Positions 14,601 through 26,900 of a stretch of 64,000 nt of DNA are shown here, piece after piece. The position numbers were made by a program, and so were the translations under genes. The stretch comes from Intoshia linei (taxonomy: Eukaryota > Animalia > Orthonectida): the NCBI GenBank assembly GCA_001642005.1, contig LWCA01000043.1, positions 4,040-68,039 on the forward strand, written 5' to 3'. Each line of letters starts with the position of its first letter. Position 1 is the stretch's first letter. The notes under the pieces are model-generated. The model did not search any database, was not told where the DNA came from, and saw only the letters and a list, made by a program, of their open reading frames with translations.

Positions 14601-16208
14601 CGCTTCGTCTTCCCATTTTTCAATATTGTTTTCCAACAAACATTGCGTGTAAGCCGACTTGGCATTAATCAATATATTAGCACTGTCAGTAATCTAAAAA
14701 TTAACGTCATTCACTCATAATAATATATATAATATAACTCAGCCGTTTCTACATAGTTTGTAATATCGAGTACCCATCAAAAAATACTTTCTACGTACCC
14801 TCAAATAAAATTTTTTGTTAATTTGTCGTTATATTGCACAATTCACTAGTATAAATGTGCTACATAATAATAAAATCATTTTACAGTATTTTAGACAAAT
14901 ACTTTATATATTTTATTTATCTAATAAATTTACAAAATATTAAAGAAAAGTAATTATTGAAATGATGATCCCTCGTAAAAATTATCGAATTTTAAGCTTA
15001 AATTTTAATTCCACACGTAATAAAATACACAAGGCATTCCAAAACCAAAATATATTCGAGCCCTAACCTCTTTATTCAACAATTCTGCATCTGCAATTAA
15101 ATCATATTCCTCTGAATCAGGATAAATGTAAATATTGTACTTTTCGACAACATCATAAATATCAGTGAACCCTCCATCCACACCTAAAAACATAAATAAT
15201 AAATATAATAAAATTAACAAACCTATAGCCAATTTAGTGGGTTCCTTATTTGTTAAATCCTAAATATTGATAATCAAAAAAGTAAATAGCAAAATTATGT
15301 AAACCAGCGGTCGCAAGTGTTGGTTCAAGTGCGACTACCGGTCGCAAAAAAAATATGAAAAATTTAGACACTAATACGATATAAAATACATTGTAATTCA
15401 ATAATAATACATGTATTTTTTGTAAGCAATTACATTCAAAGCGTTTCGCAAAAAAAAATAATGTGAAACTGCCCGTCCGGGCTAAAAAAAACTTTGCGAA
15501 TCTCTAAGCCAAACCAAAAACGCATCGAATTATCAAAACTAATCAATTAAGCATTCCGATTATACAAATTATGTATTTAGTATATGATTCAAGATAAATT
15601 TTAATAACCTTTTTAGTTTTGACGATTTTGTATTGTAAAAATATACACTTTTGGGTCGCTTTACAATACGGTTCCATAAATTGACGGCTCATTCCAATAA
15701 AATTGTTCATACATATGTAAATTCCATTTTCATGTTCCTATTAATAATGTTATAAAATGTTTCTATATGTTAATAATATCTATTAATCTGTATTACTAAC
15801 ATAAAGCTAGACCCAATATGAATAATTAAATTTTACCAAGACTAAATAAAAAGTAATTCAACCAAACCCAAAGAAGAAACTTCTCTTAATTAAACCATAC
15901 AAGAAAAAAACAGTATCATTTAAATACCTATACAAACAAACCATTTGAAAGCAGTACACTGAAGAAAACCTAATAATTTATTACCAAAAGACAACAGAAT
16001 AATACATTTTAACCAAAAATTAAGGAGTAAAACTCATCTAACCAACAATTAACCTAATAGTACTAAAATATACTATAAATTGTAACAATTTAAACACAAT
16101 TTATGAATTTACCGGTGAAGTGGCGCTAAATACGCATTCATCTTTAAATATCAAATCAAATTTACTAGGTTGTTTTACTAAGTAGTCTGTTAATGATTTT
16201 TTAACCAT
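8606..16208 (-). CDS. USP5: Ubiquitin C-terminal hydrolase USP5/USP13 (Ubp14) family, multi-exon
   Basis: N-terminus MVKKSLTDYLVKQPSKFDLIFKDECVFS; ZnF-UBP CSMCDLTTNLWLNLKDGNINCGR...GGNNHAMDHYTKTGYPIVVKLGTI; Cys box VGLDNLGNSCYINSILQ (~11240-11180); QQDAAEF (~10650); His box HMGNSTNSGHYVAYIK...FNDESV; C-terminus GYMFLYKRV*. Confidence 0.93.
11587..12165. mobile_element. Foldback-like non-autonomous element (long terminal inverted repeats, internal inverted minisatellite)
   Basis: Left CTTAGAGCGATATAATCATTCATCTTACTAATTTATGATATTATTCATT vs reverse complement of right CTTAGAGCGACATAATCATAGATGTTGCTAATTAATCATACTATTCATT. Internal TTTTGAAGATAATTTT and AAAATTATCTTCAAAA units occur in opposite orientations. 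Confidence 0.75.
13840..13920 (-). mobile_element. pogo/Tigger (DDE_1) transposase relic fragment
   Basis: Minus strand reads LKKISENKPDDVWN-(1-nt shift)-CDETGLYYKMV, matching the N-x-DETGL first catalytic Asp motif. Lies in a USP5 intron. Confidence 0.6.
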
Positions 16209-16310
16209 TCTTTCCTTAAATAGTTTTATCGATGAAATCAAATTTTAAATTTTAAACAACTTTATTTTTCATTTTACAAGTTTATTTTTAGTGTAAAGCA
16301 ATATCAGGCT

Positions 16311-19300
16311 ATGAGGCATTTAAATTTGTTGAAATCGTGGAAATATTTGAATTGTGGTTTCGGTAATAATATAATTATATTATTAATGGCTTCTTATTTT
16401 TTTAGTTCAGAAATGCAGAAATTTAAATACGAAATATTTATGTGGTAATTTAAGTTGCATATTTAATTTTTATATATAGATTTTTTGTTTTTATAATGGC
16501 GTCTACTTAAATCTAACCATTTTTACTAAAATCCAACCCTTTTTATCAAAACACAACTATTTTTACTAAAATCCACAATTTTTACTAAAATTCAACCCTT
16601 TTTACCTAAACCCAACCATTTTTACTAAAATCCAACAATTTTTATCAAAACCCATGATGCAAATTTTAAAATCATAAACATTATCATAAATTTAAATTTA
16701 AAAAAATATCTTCAGGGCCAAAATTTGCTAAATTTACAGGTGGTAGACTTGTATCATGTTAACACACATAAAAAATTTCAATCCGAATAAGTGACGACTT
16801 CACGGTGAAAAAAGCATTTTAGTATTCATATTTTATTACAGTATAATTTTATTTTGTTGGAATTTATGCTATTTATGACAATTTTTAGGATTGGACTGTT
16901 TTTACTTTATTTTCATATTATACACACATTCTGTCTAATAAATTAAAAAAATGCGATATTAATTGTTTTGAAAATGCTTTACGCAAATGTTAACAAAAAA
17001 ATTAAGATGGAATAATTTACTTTAAAGTAAAAAATAATGTGATATGACGGTTTCACCTGAAACAAATTTGGGAACCACTCCTTTAAAGGATTGATAATAG
17101 TTAATAGTAGGATTTTTAAATTAGATTTTCAACGTGTATTTATTTTTTTGGTATAATAAAAGAGTGCCCTCGGCAGAGCTAGGTGCTGTTTGTACGTAGT
17201 ACAGAACTGCCAAGCTAGTATAAATATATAATTACATAAACTATTCCATAGAAGATTAAAGATATTCCACTTTAAAAAATAAAATTTTTCAAGTTTGTAA
17301 CGAAAATCCAAAGAACAATTTAATTTTAAAGGATTTTTCCCATAAGAATTGTAAAAATGGAATTTTCCTTTTAAGTTTGATAAAATTTTATTTTTCCCTT
17401 AAGAGTTTGTAAATTTTGATTTTTAGTAAAATTGGGTGAATTTAAGAATATTCTGTTTTATAGTTGTTTAATGATTTTTAGAAGACAATTGGAAATCTTT
17501 TAACGATTCAGTGGATCATTATAATTTAGGTATATGATGTATATAATTACATTTGTAATATGATTTTTTTTGTATTAGTATCGATCAGTGGTTCTCAACC
17601 TTTTTTAGAATCGCCAAACCAAAAATTCATACATATTTTTTTAAATGTCTCCATAATAATAATTAATAATTATAATTCAATATAAAAAATGATATATTTT
17701 TAGTTCTATAAAATTTTCTATATTTTGTCAATTGTTTCTTAATTTTTTCAAAAATTTATCCATAGAACCAAATCGGCACTGAATGTCAAACCCTAATGTA
17801 CATTGTAAAATTTCAATTTAGATATGTTAAGTGAAAAAGTTATTGCAAAATTAAACAAAAAACATTCAATTAATATGGCATACATTAGTTTGGTTTATTA
17901 TATATTTATTAAATATTTATATGTTTATTATTAGATTTATATATAATTTTTTAAAAGTTTTAAATTTAAATAAAAAAAATTTGGCTGATTATGAGACCCT
18001 CTATAACTTTTTGGAGCAACTTGATATAATATATAATTTATAGTAAATTTTACATTTATTCTTTTGAAATCAGTTGAAATAATTTACATTGGTTCTTTAG
18101 ATTTCTTCTAAATTAAAAGATAGTCACCACGACATGAGCATGTTCTTTAAAGACGTATTACAAAAGTTATGAGACTTATTTATTTATTAAAATTAATTTA
18201 GATTTAGAAAAGTAAATGCTAGCATTTTTACCCCTGATTATTTTGACTATTCAATTTTACGTAATGTTTACGAAACCAATAATATAGATTTATTGAACGA
18301 AATTATTGATAACCCCGTATATTTAATATTTAACATTTTTATTTTAAAATTAAAAAGTTAATATATTTACATGTATTTTAGAAAACATATGGAGTATTTT
18401 TAACCAAACATTTCGCGCTAATTTTATTACAACAATATATCGATACAAAAGATTTTTGTAGTAATGTTTAGCGTAATTAATATAAAGTACATCAAAGTTG
18501 GAAATGATGATATTTCAGCAGGGTCGTGAAAATGGAAAGGGCATTTTGTTGAGACTCTGAGTCAGATTAAACGGATAGGTCTCCCTTTATACAAATTGTT
18601 ATAAAACAAGAAATTGTCCAAGAAACTATGAATATAATTATCAAATGTAAATAACCCCTCAATCACTTTACAATAAAAAATATTAGATTCTGACGACTCA
18701 ATGATGATCATTGACCGGGTCACGTTGGCCCGTATATCATGAGTCGATAATTTTATTTGTGTGGTTATTTTTTGACAATTAAATATAAAATATCTTAACT
18801 TTTACCAAATTAAAATTTAAATGTAGACGCTTTTTATGTCATAAAAAGATTGTTATTTCAAGATGATTTATTTTTAAACAAACAAATATCATCAATGTCG
18901 ATGATTTGTGCAATTGAAAAATCATTCAACCTTCAAGAATCCGAAAATGAGTCTGTAGTTTTGGAATCCAAAGATGAATTAGATGATGTATTCTTTATAA
19001 CACACCTTTAAAATTTAAATTTTTAGGATGATGATATTGAGGAATCGGTATTAGTTAATTACTAGAACAATTTTATTTATATTGACTAGATTGCATATTA
19101 TAGAATTGGATATATTAATAATCATTATTTTGACAATTTTTTCGATCTTGATAAAGATGATTCTATTATTGGAAAATGTTTGTTGGAACTGACTGATAAA
19201 AAATGCAAATTTTTAATTGATGTAAACGAAAAATCGCAAGTTTACGACAATGCCTATTCATCCTTACGTTTATTAGGACTTTCCTTGAATGAACAATTTG

Positions 19301-22233
19301 AACAAGCTATTAGTTTTTTACAGGAAATTGAAAATGATGCAACTTGTATAGACGTTCATTCGGTAATTTTTTTGATTTGCAAATTTTTCTAACCTGTACC
19401 TCAAATTTTTTTTAATTGAACCAATCAGGAAATAAAGCATGTGACATTTTCCAAGTTTTAAAAAATGAATCTTGAATTTTAAAATAATTTTTCAACGTAT
19501 TTTTAACTAAAGTTTTAAGTCAATTTAATAATAATTTAATTTTTTTTTTACATTATTTAGTTAAATTGTTTCACTAAAACTATCACTGCGTTTAAATCTG
19601 TCGAAACTGACCCGACACTAGGTAAAAGTAAAGGAGAATTAGTATATGAAGACTGTTTGCCATTTTTGCTTCATGATGAAAAGCAGTCATTGTTGGATAA
19701 ATTTGAGGTAAAATATTCATAAATAATAGTAGTAGTTTCCATATTAATATTTTAATAAGTTTTATAAAAAATTATTAATTACGTTAGCCCGCATATTGGT
19801 ACAATTTTATTTAGCTTCACCCCTGCAACTTAAAAAAGTAAGGCGACATTCAGTTGAGCGATACATAATCATCGATTTTGTTAATTCATCATAATATTTA
19901 TTTTTTGACAATATTTTTGAGGTTTTGTCAAGGACAAAACGTACATTTTGTAGTGTTTTTAAGTTAAGTTTTTTTCACCCAATTTTTAAAGATTTTAAGA
20001 CAATTTTGGGATCAAAGTTTTTATTGAGTTTTTAAGGGAATATCATTATTTTTACACAATTTTTTAAAATTTTGAAACAAAATTTTATAGGGTATTAAAG
20101 GGAATAATATTGTTTTTTCCCAATTTTAAAAGATTTTGAAAATAATTTTGTAGGGTCTTTTAAGAAAGTTTTTTTACCCACTTTTTAAAGATTTTGAAGA
20201 CAATTTTGGGACCAAATTTAATAGGGTTTTAAAGGGAATATTATTTTTTTACCCAATTTATAATAATTTTGAAGATATTTTGGGACCAAAATTATGTATA
20301 AGATAATAAAAATATAATAAAGAAACCTACAAAATGTCGTGAAAAATCAATGATGTGATAAATTAATAAAATCGAAGATGTATCGCTGAAATGAATATCG
20401 CTCCAGAGAATGGATGTCAAAAAGCAAATATATCAATTTTCACATGACATTTTTTAAAAAATTTAGTAAAATTATGTTTTCAACATAATTTAAATAAACA
20501 TCATATCATGGAATTTTTTATTATGATTGGGAAAAATCAATAAAATGTGTAATATTTTAAATTGCATACATTTTTGAGTTTGTGTTTTTAAATCTTCAAA
20601 TCTTTCAAAATCTCAATCTGAGATGTAGGCTGAACGATAAGGAAATGAAACTTTCAACAATTGAAACTTTTTAAGGCGATCAATTTTGTTATAAGCAAAG
20701 GTTTACCATTTTTTTCCTTTATTGTGAATCCTTAAAAAATAATAGTAAAATAAGTTGAGTTTAAACTATTTTAATAGAATACTACAGGAATTATTGTAAA
20801 TAATTTTTGTGTCGTTCTTTTGAATTTAAATTGATGTTTGCAAATGTCTGGATTCAATGTATTAATTAAATAAACTATAGTTATAATGGTTACTACGCTA
20901 CTTCTTCCCTTCAAAAACGACGAAGTCGTCAAATCGTTTGGGCAAACGGTTTTCCCTAGAGCGGTATTGTTGGCGGTAGAAATCCTTGACCTTTATGTTT
21001 ATGGATGTAAGGTTTTTGGTTTTTTGATAAAATTGGCATATTTTTTCTATAATTTCTTGAGTGGTAAGATTCTTACTTTGGCACTTTTTTGTCGTAATAT
21101 TTTTTCATACGTTTTCGATAATTGTTTGCATGTATCTCAGCTGAAGCATCACATTATATGCAATTTTGTTTAAATTTGGAATGGGTAAGTCGAGATTTTT
21201 AGGTAGTAGTATCATTGCTGGAGACTCATTTGTTTTTGATGTGGATAAATTTCTGATTTTCATTAAAAACCATGGAAGTTTTTCATCCCAGTTATCACAG
21301 GATTCATTACAATTTGTACGTATAAGATCTCGCAATGTACGTTGCATGCGTTCCACCGATCCATTGGATTTATGATCATAAGGTTTTGTGTAGGTGTGCT
21401 CGGTTTTAGTTTTATCGAATAGTTGTATACTTAGAATGTATACTTACAATACTGTATGTATGTGATATAATTGTATACTTAGTTGTATAATTTCTAAATG
21501 CTTTAATTTCATTTAATATTCAAATACATCATATTCTAAATCTTAAAAGAATGAAAATAAACTTTTTTGTGGTCTAATCACATCCCAAGAATCTCAAAAG
21601 TTTTTATGCCCATGAACCAGGTTCACGTTCCTGTAAACATTACAAAAAATTATGTGGGTTTTTAATCTTATCTTGAAATAATAACACAAAACTGAAAAAA
21701 TTTTAGAATTTTAGAAAATTTAATTTTGAAAAAATAAAATAAAATTCATTTTTTAATAAATGACAATGGACATGTCGGAATTAAAATTTTAAAAAATCCT
21801 TAATTACACATTACATTTTATTGTGACATATAATTAAAGTTTAACCCAATTAATTTTAAATTAGAAAATTATGAACAATTTGAAAAAAAAAAATTGCATA
21901 GATGAAAAAAACTCCAACATTTCCAATTTATTACAATATCTATACAAAAACTATGAATGCAACTTGGATAATTTAATTGAAAGTCACTCTGATTTTATAA
22001 AGTCAGCTGAAAGCGATAGAATAATTGCTTTACACAAGAGTATTGAATATGAAAAGATGAACCAATCCAAGGAAAAAATAATACTAGATTTGTTGAATAT
22101 GAGAGACAAAGAAGAAAAATTACGTTATTTTAAAAATGTAAAAGATATAGACATGCTAGTTGCAAATCTCCCGTCATGGCGGGTTGAATATTTTGACCAA
22201 GATTATGCTAAACTGAAAGATAATAAAGATTAA
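16311..22233 (+). CDS. MRPS27: Mitochondrial ribosomal protein S27 (mS27, PPR-like), multi-exon
   Basis: Basic presequence-like MRHLNLLKSWKYLNCGF. FRKVNASIFTPDYFDYSILRNVYE...KTYGVFLTKHFALILL resembles the MRPS27 KFRHSP...YGIFPDNFTFNLLM region. Also YINNHYFDNFFDLDKDDSIIGKCLL, SLRLLGLSLNEQF and last exon DKEEKLRYFKN. Family match is from recall of the sequence. Confidence 0.8.
16503..17445. repeat. Inverted minisatellite arms enclosing a Helitron 3' portion in MRPS27 intron 2
   Basis: Left arm (16503-16655) of TTTTACTAAAATCCAACC units; right arm (17325-17445) ending TTTTTAGTAAAATTGGGTGAATTTAAG. The enclosed 16660-17218 shares blocks with the Helitron at 59198-59668 and ends in a hairpin plus CTAG|T. 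Confidence 0.65.
19843..20401. mobile_element. Second foldback-like element, same family as 11587-12165
   Basis: GCGACATTCAGTTGAGCGATACAT...ATCGATTTTGTTAATTCATCA at left vs TGATAAATTAATAAAATCGAAGATGTATCGCTGAAATGAATATCGC at right; internal TTTTAAAGATTTTGAAGACAATTTTGGG tandem units. Confidence 0.7.
20600..21790 (-). mobile_element. Degenerate retroviral-type (rve) integrase relic, Gypsy/Ginger-like, in the last MRPS27 intron
   Basis: KPYDHKSNGSVERMQRTLRDLIR...WDEKLPWFLMKIRN...TNESPAMILL (21420-21190) matches the integrase core PYHPxSNGxVERxNRTL...WDxxLP...SPAxLL. Downstream IDRLKKF and upstream FEILGM remnants. Stops and frameshifts present; outer limits approximate. Confidence 0.8.
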
Positions 22234-22320
22234 AAGGTGTACAATGTACATTATACAATAAATTTCTAAACAGTTTAATTAAACTATGCTAAAATACCAA
22301 CATTGGCCAACACTGACCCT

Positions 22321-23681
22321 TTAAAAAGACTCTTTATCGTCAAAATCGCAAACTTCAATATTTGACAGAGAAAATTCTGTATTTGAACTTGATATACTTT
22401 TTGCAATATTACGAGATCTACGATATGACGTTTTCGGACGATTTGGTCTTTTCGGTGAATTACGTTGGTTTGGTGATGTACTAGATTTTTTCGTTGTGAA
22501 GGATTTTTCAGGGTGTTTTCTTGGAATGTAAATTCCATTTGAATCGAGACTTCTTTTATCGACTACGTTATTCCTAAATTATTAAATTCATTATAAAGTT
22601 ATTTAATAGTACCAGTTGTAACGGGAGCCTATCGAATAAGCGTATAAACTTTCACCGTCACTCATGATGTGGGCAGAATTTCTAAAATTTAAATTTTTCG
22701 AGAATCAAATGTTTTTTACTTTTTCAAGTTTTCATAGGTGTCTTTAATGTAATGGTTTCTGTTGATTATATTGGAGTAAACTGAAATTGGTTTAAATATT
22801 ATTATGTTAGGGTTATTTATTTTATGTTTTAAAAAAAGAAATCCTTTTATTATAAATTAAATTATATCAAAAATAACAAAATTAAAGGTACCCGTCTATT
22901 TTGTATGAAATATTAGTTTATTCCATTTATTTTTTGTTTTGATATTTTTATAAATAATAATCAAATTTAAATGTAATATTACATGATTCACTACATAATC
23001 GTGTTTGTGCTGTTTTTGGTCTAATAAATGTTTTTTTGTTTTTTTCGTACCTCAGAAGGCTAGATTTTTATTTAATTGTAAATAAAATTAATTTAAAATC
23101 TATGATTATAAACGAGTCTGTATTTTTTTTAATTTGCTTAAGTCTTTACAAATTTTGGATGGAAATTTATAAAATAAAATTATTAATTAATTTGGTAATA
23201 GTCAAAAGGTTGGTTAAAAGTTAATTTTTATCATACATATTGTAAACATTTATCTTGAAATAAATGCTAAATTTAGAGGAATTTGAATAAAATTATCATA
23301 TATGATTACAAAAATTACGCCGATCTAGTGGGACGCCCTAATCGATCTTGTAAACTCATACAATCTGTTTGCGTAGATTTTTTTAAATACTGGTAAACTT
23401 GATCATGACGTTTGTAATATGATCTTTGAGTATCGGGTCTATCAGCCTATAAAAATAAAATTGTGATAAAAAAATGTTACGCTAATATTTGAGTCTTTCA
23501 AAATATACGCTACATCACTACTATCGAGACTAAACCATGAAGGAAATACTTTCAAACCTTCAGTTTTTGACTGACTATTCATTTGTAAACTGGCTAAATT
23601 TAAACTTAAACAAATGCCGAATTTTCCTTCACCACTTTTGATTCTATAATTGTCCAATTTGTTATGTTTATTGCGATCCAT
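22321..23681 (-). CDS. Small spliced orphan gene, Ser/Arg/Lys-rich C-terminus, no recognised domain
   Basis: Exon 1 MDRNKHNKLDNYRIKSGEGKFG...; further open exons with GT-AG flanks at ~23440-23330, ~22780-22720, ~22680-22612 and ~22572-22321 (...SPNQRNSPKRPNRPKTSYRRSR...DFDDKESF*). Confidence 0.55.
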
Positions 23682-23909
23682 TGTAAGGAATATACTTTTG
23701 TTAATTTCAATTTATTTACTAAACAATGGCAATGCAAATGAGTTATTAAACTAAAAACGTGACCCAGAAATAGAATTGTATCAGTACAAATATACTTTGA
23801 ATGGAATTTGTGAGTTTAACCATACTGTAAGATTCGTGAAAATTGTTAAATATTTAATTTGTTATAAATCAATACACATGATATATTTAATAAATTTTCT
23901 GTACATTCC

Positions 23910-26900
23910 TTAATTTTTGTTAGAGAGAGATTGAACCATTTCATCAAGTAAAACCCGAATATCGTAAACTCGGTGAATTTTTTCAGATAGTCTTAAACGT
24001 TCTCCGTCAAATAAATTACCCAAAGTATCTGGTACCTGTTCAATTTGAGTAAGATTATCTTCCACTAGCCTTTGTATTCTATTCAACTCTGCATTGACCA
24101 ATTGTTGTTTGACTAATCTTGAGCCGGTGGTGACTAGAGAATCAATTTTATCAAAAATCTCAATTTCGTCACAACTAAGTTCAAATTTTGTTGAATTTTC
24201 ACGCACAGTTTCATATTTGTTGATATCGTGTTGGTAAAAATAAAAACCTTTTCTACAATAACTACAAAGATTCAAAGAACGCTCCCAAAACCATTTTTTA
24301 TATGCAAGGTTCCAACATTTCTTAATGACGTCATCGTGGATAGAGTAACCTTCTAAATTACATTGTTTACGCAAAACTGACAGGCTTTCATTGTCTATAT
24401 TGATTCCATTTCCAGGAAGAAATGTTTTTATTTCGTCAAAAATATAATTAATTTCAGAAGGTTTTCTTTTAAAAATTGCGGACCAAGGGTTGATTCCAAT
24501 CAGTTTATCAATTTCCATATTGACGGTGCGTGAATTGTCTAGGATGAAGTCAGACATTAAATATCCTGCTCGGTTCCATTCGTCCAAACTCATTTTACGT
24601 TGTTCGTTTATTACACTGTGTAAATGAAATTTAAGAATAGATAACGCTTTATTATCCCAAACAAAATTCTGTACCGTTTCATCTATAATTTTCTTTTTAG
24701 TGTTATTAATTTCTCGGTGATATGGGTGTTCAGTTTTATTTTCATTAAATTTATTTAGTAGTGCATCTTCTAACACTGATTTTCCAACTGAAATACAGGT
24801 ACTAGCTAACTCTTTTTCAATCCATGTTTTTAAGGCTATATTAATGTCGGTGCTAAATTTTCCATGGAAATTTTCGATACTGTCCAAATTCAAATCTTGT
24901 CTTATTCTATTTTTTGTTACGATTGGGAGGTAAATGTTATTTAATATTGGGGCAGAGATTTTTTCTTTTAGTTTATTTTTAATGCTGTTATCCCAAAATG
25001 CATCGCTTAAATCACTCAATTTTGCCAAATCGTCCAATATTTTGTTTCTGGTCTAAAATTAAAATTTAGATAATAATAACTTAATATAAAATCAATTGAT
25101 ATTTTAAATCAGGGTTGTAAAGAAATTATAGGTTGATGTGATGTTAATCAACATTTCAGTAACGTCGAATCCAGCTACTGTCTAGTGGCGGATCTAGGAT
25201 TTTTAGCCAGGAGGGAGAAATATATTATTAGGGATCAAACTCATATAATGTTTATTATTTGAATTTTTATTAATTACTCATGCTGTCCCTCTCTTCCTCT
25301 AAATCCTCGTTTCATGGACCTCAAACTTGATCATAACGGCCCTACTTATCTAATTTATAAAAATCAATTATCTTTTTTGGAAGAAACATGGAATACTTGT
25401 CACAAGATTATGAACACCATAAGTAAGTATCGCGATACTTTTAGTTCCAAATTGTCATCAATAGCCAAACAATTCACTACCTTCATAACTGTTTTAGGTG
25501 ACTTAGGTTACCCGATCTTAGAACACCACTATAATATCATTGAAAACACTCTTAATTTAGACAGTGATAATTTATCCATTTCTGGATACAATAATGTACT
25601 ACTTTAAAATCGTTACAAACATGGATAAAGCTTCTTCTGATTTTGAGAAATTGAAACAACCCGATTTATTAATACATTGCACCAAAGATTTCCAAGAAAT
25701 CAGATCACATCTTCTTAACCTCTGCTTAAAATCACTTTCAATAAACCTTATCATATACACGAAATTTCCAGATGACATTTATGATATTGTGCATTCCTTA
25801 TTTAAAAGTTCTAATAGCATAGAAAACTATCCTGAATGGGAGATTCCATTGCCGAACAAATTCTGGACAACTTGTTTCCATTTTGAAATTTTGATTTATC
25901 TTAATCATATACTAACATTCATTGATTTATTTTTCTTAGTATTTACATTATATTTTATATTATACTAATAAAGTGGTCAAATAATATCTATTTTCAAGAA
26001 GAAATAGACGAGTTAATAAGATTATTTCAATCAACATTGTAATTAATTGTAACTCAGTCTCTTGAAGATTTTTTTTTACTTTTGATTATTTTCTATATTT
26101 TTATATCTTATTTCTTAAGGATTTTACATATCCTTTATTATTTGCAATTTGTTACAAATAATATTAGCTCAGCATGCATGTAATAGGAGTTATGCGCAGA
26201 CTGGCGCAAAATTTTATTTCATCTATAATTTTCTTTTTCCTTTTTTCAAAAAATGACGGGCATTACGCAGACGCTGATAGGATGGACGTAAGTATTATTC
26301 GGCGTAACACGTAGTTATGTTGAATTTATATACGTAAGAACCGTTATTTTTGCGTTGTTTCCTTTAAGAAGGATCATATTCGGTGTAATGCAATTAGCAT
26401 GTTCTGTAGTATCAGGAATAATCGTAGATGGGTTGAGAGTGTTATACTCAGTCATAATAGCAACCATACAAATACAGTTTTTAGTATTTATACTATATCA
26501 AAGAGTATTTGTATGGCAAGACTGCACTCCAACTCACAAAATAATACCCACGCCTCGGTTTTGATAACCAACGTATTATCAAAACTAATAATACACAGAA
26601 TTACGTAATCGGTTATGGAATAGACCCGCCGTACTTTTCTACGGAAATCAAAGCGCGCGAACCAAAGATGATCGTAAGGTTTAACAGTAAAAAAGCTTTA
26701 CGACAATTCTCAAGCTGTTTATGTCGAAAAATATTATTGCACAATTATATGAGAGTAATACCTCTATTACGCTCGCAAGTAACGTTTGACCTAGACAGTT
26801 GTGAACAACAATATTTCGATTTGATCCCGAAGATACGTTTCGAAAATTTCTATCAATTGGAACTACCAGAACGAACCTACAAAAATTAATGAATAAAAAT

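Noticed and set aside
25130-25185. Possible intronic C/D snoRNA (TGTGATG)
   Set aside because: No box D CTGA at a suitable distance and no terminal stem.
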